64,000 nt of DNA from Octopus vulgaris (taxonomy: Eukaryota), in the NCBI GenBank assembly GCA_951406725.2, contig OX597823.1:20150001-20214000 (forward strand), read 5' to 3'. Positions 54,190-64,000 of the stretch are shown piece by piece. The position numbers were made by a program, and so were the translations under genes. Every line of letters starts with the position of its first letter. The stretch's first letter is position 1. Below the pieces are notes generated by a model, which saw only the letters and a list, made by a program, of their open reading frames with translations, had not been told where the DNA came from and ran no database searches.

Positions 54190-54570
54190 GTAAAAAATAC
54201 AAACTGGGACAAGAACGCAAAACATTTAGAAAACGATACAAAAAACACGGACGGGACATTCGAAGCCTTCAATCTTCAGTCAAGAACCGGATCCTCCTCG
54301 CAATTTCAGCTGATTAATCTTGAGATTGCTCCAATCTGGCCAGCCCCAAGGAAAAACTAAGCTAAGCACATTCGATTCCTTGGAAGAAAGCTTCGAATGT
54401 ATACAAAACAAAGATGGAAAAACGGACGATGTTACACGAATATGAATACAAAAATACGTAAAAACAACAATAATAATAATACGTAAAAACAATAATGATA
54501 ATAATAATAACAAAAACAGGACGTCACAAACAGGCGTCTTTCGACAGGACGAGTAAACTTGAGCTGGCCT
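54190..54570 (-). mobile_element. Structured repeat family S, copy 2
   Basis: Aligns with 24840-25240; begins at (TA)n. Confidence 0.8.
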
Positions 54571-55094
54571 ACATCTAATATAGGAAAACATTTTTCGAAA
54601 AAAATTCTATCAATGGCCAGCATATTAAAAAATACCTTTAAAGGTAAATACATGCATGCAACACACACATACTTGAGTGGCTGCCTTCAGTCCAATATAT
54701 TCCAAGCAAAATCTATCAATCAATCTAATTTTCTGGCCCATCAGAGGAAAGTTGGTGCACATCAAACTTATAGCAAAAGTGAATTTAAAAAAATAAAAAT
54801 TGTAATTAAAAGGGAATGAACTGCTTATATACTTTTGAAGAGTTATCTTTCTTGGATCATCCAAGGGAGATAAGTCAGTGATTCTTGATTTTGAAATTTC
54901 ACTTGGGTTCATTAGTAAAAATATACACAAATGAAAATTAATAAATAAAAAATAAGACCACGCCTGAACTTTATAAGCTGTTGATTTTGTTTAACCCCAG
55001 GTAATCCGTAAGCGAGTAATTCATTAATTACTCAACGTATGCTTTTCTTTAAAGCGTGACTGTTTGGCAAGAAGATCGCACCCCAGCCACCTAC

Positions 55095-55251
55095 TTCTGG
55101 GTTCAGTCCCACTGCATGGTACCTAGGAGATGAGTCTTCTTCTGTAGCATCGGGACAATTGAAATGTGGTGAGTGGATCTGATGCACGGAAACTGAAAGA
55201 AGCCCGTTGTATATATCGGCGCGGGAGTGGCTGTGTTGAAAGAAGCTTGCC

Positions 55252-55330
<79 letters not shown>

Positions 55331-55770
55331 TGTGTGTTTGTGTGTGTGTTTCTCCCTCGACCGTTGCTTGACCACCAATGCTAGTGTGTTCACGTCCCCG
55401 GTAACTAGCGGTTCGGCAAAAGATACCGATAGAATAAGTACTAGGCTTACAAAGAATAAGTCCTGGGGTCTTATAAGTTCGTGTGAAGGCGGTGCTCCAG
55501 TATGGCCACAGTCAAATCACTGAAGCAAATAAAAGAGTAAAGGAAAAGAAAGAATACGTACATACTTACGTGTGTCTTGTATGTGTTTGTCCACCATCAG
55601 CACTTGACAACCGGTGTTGGGTCATTTACGTTCCCGTAACCAAGCGGTTGGTCTAAAGACACTGATAGAATAGATACCAAGTTTTAAAAAATAAATTCTG
55701 GGGTCAATTTGCTCAACTAAACCCTTCAGTATGGCTGCAGTCCAATGAATGAAACATGTAAAAAAAGATT
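55095..55770 (+). mobile_element. Rearranged SINE family B pieces
   Basis: Head fragments, (TG)n and two 3' halves. Confidence 0.75.
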
Positions 55771-55899
55771 AAAAAAACAAAAAGGCAGAAACTTGTAATT
55801 CGATCATGATTTGGCTGTTATATCACGCACATCAGCTGATGGCATACTAATGGTACTTAGCCGATCGTAAAGTGGTTGTCATCTTGTGAATATTCGAGC

Positions 55900-57222
55900 C
55901 TGGCAGAATCGTTAGCACGCCGGGCGAAATGCTTAGTGTTATTTTGTCTGCCGCTACGTTCTGAGTTCAAATTCCGCTGAGGTCGACGTTGCCTTTCATC
56001 CTTTCGGGGTCGATTAAATAAGTACCAGTTATGCACTGGGGTCGCTATAATCGACTTAATCCGTTTGTCTGTCTGTGTTTGTCCTCTCTGTGTTTAGCCC
56101 CTTGTGCGTAGTAAAGAAATAGGTATTTTGGGGTCGACTAAATAAGTACCAGCATAGGCACTGGGGTCGATATAATCGACTTAATGCGTTTATCTGTCTT
56201 TGTTTGTCCCCTCTGTGTGTAGCCCCTTGTGGGCAGTAAAAAAATAAGGATCGTTAGCACGCCGGGCGAAATGCTTAGCGGTATTTTGTCTGCCGCTACG
56301 TTCTGAGTTCAAATTCCGCCGAGGTCGACTTTGCCTTTTATCCTTTCGGGGTCGATTAAATAAGCGCCAGTCACTCACTGGGGTCGATATAATCGACTTA
56401 ATCCGTTTGTCTGTCCTTGTTTATCCTCTCTGTGTTTAGCCCCTTGTGGGTAGTAAAGAAATAGGTATTTCGTCTGCCGCTACGTTCTCAGTTCAAATTC
56501 TGCCGAGTCGACTTTGCCTTTTATCCTTTCGGGGTCGACTAAATAAGTACCAGTTGGGCACTGGGGTCGATCTAATCGACTTAATGCGTTTATCTGTCTT
56601 TGTTTGTCCCCTCTGTGTGTAGCCCCTTGTGGGCAGTAAAGAAATAGGAATTGTTAGCACGCCGGGCGAAATGCTTAGCGGTATTTCGTCTGCCGCTACG
56701 TTCTGAGTTCAAATTCCACCGAGGTCGACTTTACCTTACATCCTTCCGGGGTCATTAAATAAATACCAGTTACGCACTGGGGTCGATATAATCGACTTAA
56801 TCCGTTTGTCTGTCCTTGTTTGTCCCCTCTGTGTTTAGCCCCTTGTGGGTAGTAAAGAAATAGGTATTTCGTCTGTCGCTACGTTCTGAGTTCAAATTCC
56901 GCCGAGGTCGACTTTGCCTTTCATCCTTTCGGGGTTGATTAAATAAGTACCAGTTAGGCACTGGGGTCAATGTAATTGACTTAATCCTTTTGTCTGTCCT
57001 TGTTTGTCCCCTCTATGTTTAGCCCCTTGTGGGTAGTAAAGAAATAGGTATTTCGTCTGCCGCTACGTTCTGAGTTCAAATTCCACCGAGGTCGACTTTG
57101 TCTTTCATCCATTCGGCGTCGGTTAAATAAGCACCAGTTACGCACTGGGGTCGATGTAATCGACTTAGCCCCTTTATCTGTCCTTGTTTGTCCCCTCTAG
57201 CCCCTTGTGGGCAATAAAGAAT
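55900..57222 (+). repeat. Head-to-tail array of about 7 SINE family A units
   Basis: Units end in AGCCCCTTGTG...TAAAGAA and restart at GGTATTT or GTTAGCACGCC. Confidence 0.92.
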
Positions 57223-57864
57223 TCGAGCCTGTAATAATGGTTCGATTTCTCGTTAAGCTGTTTCTATTCTCGCCATTATAATTCGCAACTGCTGCTTCAT
57301 ATTGTAATCATTATCCACGAGGTTTGCATCAGTTTGTCATACAGAAGCGGTGACCGAAAGATCTATCTTAGACCATGAAACGTATTAATTAAGTATTAAT
57401 CTGTTGAAATATTTCCGTTTGATTGAACGTGTGGTGTGTTTGTGTCGATGTGTAGACATGCGCAATAGAAAGTACTTTGGCATATTTCTGGCGCGTATCC
57501 GTTAAAAGAACCTTCATTTTACGACATACAACACATATTTATCTTGTTCTGGGAACCAATCAATCAATCATGGAAGCAAGCAGCCAGCCAATAATTCAAT
57601 AGAATTGCCTTTCTGTGATAAGTTGACTGTTAGAAATATAGTCACATCCTCCTGATATCAAGTTCAATCGACTTTAAGAATATGGGTGTTATTGTACAAT
57701 TTCGTTTTACTTATACGAATACGACGGTGTGTTGTATTTGAGCTGACGGACAGCTACAGGACAATGTCAATAACAAGAATGAATTGTTATTTCATCGATC
57801 GTGGGGCGATGAAAGATATAATCGGATCTCGTAGGATGAAACTCAGAATGACGGGAAAGTATAT

Positions 57865-58190
<326 letters not shown>

Positions 58191-58504
58191 GCGAGAACAA
58201 TCGTTCCAGATTGAAGCTCAAGGCCATTACTTTTGAGAGATGGCCACAGCTGGGATGCATTGGCTCATAGGCCTGTTCGTTCATAGCTGAACTGAGAAGC
58301 AGCAACAGTAACTCGTAGAGAGTGCCTCCACGAGATCATCTAAACCAGCTAAAAATAGCAGCAAATTCTCTCTCAAACCACATCTTGCCGTCTTAAATAA
58401 GCAAAAGCCACAATAAGATAGTTCTTGGTAAGTCTGTTCGATCGGGTTTGATTTGGAACTAACCGATAATAACGCTTCGTATCACATTAGAGAAGATATC
58501 TATA

Positions 58505-59857
58505 TGAGGTGGTATCAAAAACATCTTTAATTAGTTCTGAGACACGCCAACAGATGGCAGCACACGGTTTCATGCGCAGTGAGAGCTAATAGTGATCTTC
58601 ATGAGGCGGTGTACTGAGTAACATCGCTGTATTTACTTCGCAAGTTGTTAAATTTGTGTTTTCGTGATCACGTGTATGCTGTAGTCTGTGATTTTGTTCT
58701 AGGTAGGTCTGTTCGATCGGGTTTGATTTGGGACTAACCAATAGTAGCGCATCGTGTCACATTGGAGGTGATCCCGTGTATGCTGTAGTCTGCGATCTTT
58801 GTCATGGACAGGAACAAAGAGCCAATGGGTAATTCTGCGTTAAACGTGGTAAAGCCTGCTACAGAGACATTGAACATACTTTGGCAACGTTGAGTGGCAA
58901 GGGTGCTTCAAAAGTAGAAGAGTGTCCCTGGAAGACAATGAGGGATCTGGAAGAATATGCCAGGAGTGTCACCCCCGGAAACGTGTGCATCGTGAATTCG
59001 TCCCCCATGGCCAGGCAGGCCATCGAGAGTTCTACTGTGACAGTTTGAAGCGTTCGAGGGGGGACATTCGGTGAAAGCAACCGGATCTTTGGAGCACGAC
59101 GAATTGGATTCTTCACAGTACTCTCCTCACTCGACATGGTATTACTTCAGCATCAACCCTATTCGCGAACTTTAGCACCGGCGGACTTCCATCTCTTTTC
59201 CCAAGATGAAAATGCAGCTCAAAGGTCGCCGTTTTAACGCTGCTTCCGAAATCCGGAGCGAATCGTAGAAGGTCCTCGACTCACTAAGGAAAACGACTTC
59301 CAGGCCGGGTTCCAAAAGTCGTAGGAACGCTGGGAACAGCGCCTTGCTGCGCAAGGTGACTATTTAAAGGGAGGTGATGTTAAAATTTAGACAGGCGTAG
59401 GAGTGGCTGTGCTTATGAACCACATGGTTCCGGGTTCTGTCCCACAGCGTGGCACCTTGGGCAAGTGTCTTCTTCTATAGCCTCGAGTCGACCAAAGCCT
59501 TGTGAGTGGATTTGGCAGACGGAAACTGAAAGAAGCTCGTCGTATATATGTATATATATATATATATGTGTATGTGTGTGTATATGTTTGTGTGTCTGTG
59601 TTTGTCCCCTCAACATCGCTTGACAACCGATGTTGGTGTGTTTACGTCCCCGTAGCTTAGCCGTTCGGCAAAAGAAAACCGATAGAATAAGTACTAGGCT
59701 CACAAGGAATAAATCCTGGGGTCGATTTGCTCGACTAAAGGTGGTGCTCCAGCATGGCCGTAGTCAAATGACTGAAACAAGTAAAAGAGTAAAAGAGTAA
59801 ATAAGTTATTTTTTATTAACCATGACTAGTCCTGGAATCTTTTAACACCACGTCGTA
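58505..59857 (+). mobile_element. Decayed, internally deleted mariner with SINE family B inserted at about 59392-59800
   Basis: HQPYSRTLAPADFHLFSQ then KMQLKGRRF; imperfect terminal repeats GAGGTGGTATCAAAA and TTTTAACACCACGTC. Confidence 0.75.
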
Positions 59858-60083
59858 CATTTCATCAAGGCTGCATATTACTATATCAGACAACACAATA
59901 CAATACATATCTCCCCCTCCCTCTCTCTTCCCCCCTCCTTCCCTCCGCCCCTCTCTCACACACCCACATGCATACAGAAATGCTCACAGAAACGCACACA
60001 CATACACAGACACATACACATAACATGTCGTCCACAATCACATAGTCTTACAATATAATGCATCTGCTTCCTCTTTGTGTGTG

Positions 60084-60168
<85 letters not shown>

Positions 60169-60809
60169 TAGAGAGATAGATAGATAGAGAGAGAGAGAGG
60201 GAGAGTGTGTGTGCGTGCGCGTGCGAGTGTGTGTCTTTGTGTTTGTCCATCAACACATTGGGGAACAGGTGTCGGCGTGTTTACGTCCACTTAATGTGTT
60301 AGTTCGGCAAAAGTGACCGATAGAATAAGTGTCAGGCTTAAAAGAAAATAAGTACAAGGGTCGCTCTACTAGAAACAGTAACCAAATGCTCCTGAAATTC
60401 CAATTTACCACTTTTAAAAACGAAGAACGCCCTGTCGCTTTTAGTCATAGATGCAATGTTTAGAGAAAAGAGACGGTATGGTGACAACTGGAAGGTCTTT
60501 GCGCAAAACAAAAGTTTGCCCTGCAAGGTCTAAAAACAACCACAAAAACCAAAAAAACAAGGGCAACCAACCATCCATCCATCCATCCAACCAACCAGTC
60601 AGCCAGCCAAATTACCAACCGACAAAAATCCTTAGATCAAAAGACCAACAGGCCAGCCGACTAACAAGCCCACAAACCCGCCATATATTTAAGCAATCCA
60701 CAGACTCTCTAGCCATCCAATTGACCAACAGACCAGCCACCCGTGTAGTAAAGATGAATTGACCAGACAACGAAGACGACTTTCCATCAGACAAGCAACG
60801 AATGTATCA

Positions 60810-61478
60810 CCCTCCTCATCCTCATCCTCCACTTCTTCCTTCTCTTCCCCTTCGTCCTCCTCCTCAGCATCCTCTTCCTCCTCCTCCTCCCCCGCCTCCC
60901 CGTCTCCCCGTCCTCCGCCTCCCCGCCTCCTCGTCCTCCTCCTCCTCGTCCTCTTCCTCCCCACCTCCTCCTCCTTGTCCTCGTCCTCTTCCTCCCCACC
61001 TCATCCTCCTTGTCGTCGTCATCATCGTCTTTATCAACGTCATCATCGTCATCATCACCATCATCATCATCAACATCATCATCATCATCAACATCATCAT
61101 CATCATCGTCACTCTCGTCGTTATCATCATCATCATCATCATCTTTATCACCTTCATCATAGTCATCATCATCGTCATCGCCATCATTATCGTCATCATT
61201 ATCATGGTCATCGTACTTATAATCATGATCATCATGATCATCATGATCATCATGATCATCATGATCATCATTGTCATCGTCGTTGTTATCATCACGACGA
61301 CAACGACGATGACGACGACAACCACCACGGCCACGACGACGACGACCACCACCACCACCGCCACCACCACCATCGTTATCATCTTCATCATATACACAGA
61401 CCGTTTTCTGACATCCAGGACGACGACGACGACGACGACGACGACGATGATGATGATGATGATGATGATGATGATAAT
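60810..61478. repeat. Compound trinucleotide tract (TCC, CAT, GAC, CAC, GAT)
   Basis: Direct reading; open in several frames on both strands. Confidence 0.9.
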
Positions 61479-61936
61479 TAACTAAGCAGAGAAGAAAATT
61501 AAGTCTGCTCGCCTGAAGGAAGGGAATTAAACAACGAACGATTAACAACAGAAGATATCGCGATGTTCCATTAACCTCAGAGCAACGAGACAATCTCTTT
61601 TAGTTTCTGTCCTCGCCACAACTCTTACTACAAACTTTATAGAAAACACGTTCAACGATGAAAACACAAATAATGACAACTGTTACATGATATAATAGTC
61701 TCGTATATGGGTGACCCCCCCCCATGCCACAGATGTCTATATTCCGGATTTCGAGTTGTAGTTATTGTCTTCGTTTTGTCTCTTGCTGGTGCTGCGGTTG
61801 CTGGTGCAGTAGAATGCATTTTGTGTGTGTGTATATATGTAGAGATGTGTGCGTTTATGTATATAAATATGTGTCTGTATTATACATTAAATTTGTCTGT
61901 GTATACATATATGTACATATCATATATATATGTACA

Positions 61937-61972
<36 letters not shown>

Positions 61973-61976
<4 letters not shown>

Positions 61977-62180
61977 TCCAAACAAGAAAACAAAAAAACC
62001 AAAAAAAAAACACAACAACGCAAGGACGTGGAACAAATAAAGTATTATTGGACGCTCAGGAAAGAAAGGAAGAAGGAGGGTTTAACGTTTCGAGCGGAAC
62101 TCTTCGTCGGAAACATAGGAGAAGGAAAGATCCTGAGAAGGGAAGACAGAGGAAAAAAATCGCCGGTGGTACTCACGAGG

Positions 62181-62183
<3 letters not shown>
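61973..62183 (-). mobile_element. Repeat family H with a minimal hammerhead-like motif (62080-62114)
   Basis: Reverse complement of 45012-45222; stem II GAGT/GCTC with a G-U pair. Confidence 0.8.
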
Positions 62184-62247
<64 letters not shown>

Positions 62248-62257
62248 TATATATATA

Positions 62258-63517
62258 TTGGGTTGTCTGGAAAGTTCGTGCCGATTTTTAAAGGAAAAGA
62301 AAAGGTCAATAAATACTTGCCATTACATTTTTAATCAACCAAATATGAACCATTTTGTTGCACAATGCGTCTCCATCTTTCCTTTAACTTGAAAATACTC
62401 TCTTCCCAGAATTGAGGTGGGTTCATGGCAAAGAATTCATCAAGTTATCTTTTTATGTCATGCAAAGAATTGAAATTTTTACCATTATGACTATTCTGCA
62501 GAGACCTGAATGAATGGAAATCCGAAGGAGCAATATCTGGTGAATGTGGGGGGAACGGGTAACACATCCCAGCTGAGCTGCAGCAATTTTTGTCTGCTTC
62601 CCAAAGAAACGTGTGGTCTTGCATTATTATGTTGGAAAACAACATCATTCCTGTTGGCCAAATCTGGACATTTCTCTTGAATTGCTGCTTTTAACTCGTC
62701 CAGTTGTGTGCAATATTTCTCAGAATTAATTGTCTGGTTAATTGGGAGGAGCTCATAGTACAGAATTCCTTTCCAATCCCACCAGACACAAAGCAAGATT
62801 TTTAAGGGTGAACACCCGCTTTTGGGGTGGCTAATGGTGGCTCATGTCGCTTACTCCAGGATCGCTTTCTCTGAACATTTCGGTAGATAATCCATTTCTC
62901 ATCACCTGTCACAACTTGCTTTAAAAAAGCACGTTTTCATTCCGTTTATAAAGCGAATCACAGATGGAAATGTGATCCAAAAGGTTCTTCTCACTCAACT
63001 CATGTGGTACCCAAACATCGTAACGATTTGAGTACCCAAGCTTTATCAGGTGCTCATGAATGACAGATTTTGATAGGTTGAGGCTTTATGCCAATTCTCG
63101 GGTTGTGCAATGTAGGTTATTCTCAATTAATGACTTGATTTGGTCATCATCTGTAGTGGATGGTCTGCCTGATCGCTCTTCATCAATAAGGCTACAATCT
63201 CCAGCTCGGAACCTTGCAAACAACTTCCGTACAGTTCTTTCGGATAAAGGAACATCACCGTAAACTGCGCATATTTCTTTGGTTGCTTGTGAGGTATTTT
63301 TCCCTTTACGGAAAAAGAAAAACATCAGGTGGCGAAAATGAACTTTCTTATCTTCCATTTTAAAGGGCAACAGAATTAACACAGGTTATAGGAACATAAA
63401 TCTTCTTCCACGAAAAGATAGCTTAAACTGTGCACAAATCCTATTTTATGGACTCAATCATGTTCTAAAATAAGTCGAAATGTAAGCTACTATAAATCGG
63501 CACGAACTTTCCGGACA
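62258..63517 (-). mobile_element. Near full-length mariner transposon with frameshifted transposase
   Basis: Terminal inverted repeats TGTCTGGAAAGTTCGTGCCGATTT and AAATCGGCACGAACTTTCCGGACA; ERSGRP, WVPHEL, TGDEKW, HNNARPH, HSPDIAPSDFH. Confidence 0.95.
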
Positions 63518-63528
63518 CACATACATAC

Positions 63529-63573
<45 letters not shown>

Positions 63574-64000
63574 CACAGAGTTTATTAGTAACTTAACAGT
63601 ACTACTAATGATGTCAATTTGAAAGAGTTCCACAATTTTTGAACCGATCCACTTTAAAATGTAGTTTATCGCCACTATTCGAACCCTCATTCTCACCTTT
63701 CGATGTTGTCGTGTACAGATAGACGAGAGAAAGAGTAAAAAAACTATAAATAGAAATCAAAGGCTGCAGATAGTCAATCTACCAGGCTGAATCAAAAGAT
63801 TTTCCGTATTTCAAGCTTTAATTAATAGTTCAAATAAATCACATACAGAAAGTGATTATTTATCAAAATATATCCCACCATCCTGTATTGTCTGTTGCCA
63901 TTTTTCTGCCAGGATCTCATCCATATTGTTGAACGCATCCGTGTAGGTAATGAGCTACTCATGTTCTTCAAGTCTGCGCTTGGTCACATTGGTAGTGTGT

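Noticed and set aside
55900-57222. CRISPR-like periodicity
   Set aside because: Units are whole SINE copies with no unique spacers, no cas genes, and the context is eukaryotic.
60759-61593. Long His/Asp/Ser-rich ORFs
   Set aside because: A compound trinucleotide microsatellite open in several frames on both strands, with no complex coding flank.
63900-63960. Possible 34-nt exon between ttttctgccag and gtaatg
   Set aside because: The opposite strand reads LAEKWQQTIQDGGIYFDK*, typical of a mariner transposase C-terminus.

Overview
AT-rich, repeat-saturated animal DNA with no recognisable host gene. The SINE families, RTE LINE and microsatellite load point to an octopus or other coleoid cephalopod; this is an inference. 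Most ORFs in the track are microsatellite read-throughs. Recognisable content: several families of tRNA-head SINEs, RTE LINEs, R4/Dong-like LINE pieces beside (TAA)n, Helitrons with intact A|TC...CTAG|T ends, decayed mariners and many Penelope-like element (PLE) fragments. The main hidden signal is RNA structure. About eleven complete or variant type I hammerhead ribozyme (HHR) motifs, plus several half-motifs, lie in short PLE-terminal-repeat-like inserts mostly in or beside (TA)n tracts, often next to fold-back inverted repeats. One (TA)n-embedded repeat (24.9 kb, 54.3 kb, relative at 44.5 kb) carries all three hammerhead strands in an order that is not type I, II or III, and is a candidate new pseudoknotted or dimeric topology. 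All folds and homologies were read by eye; no search or folding program was run, and repeat boundaries are approximate.
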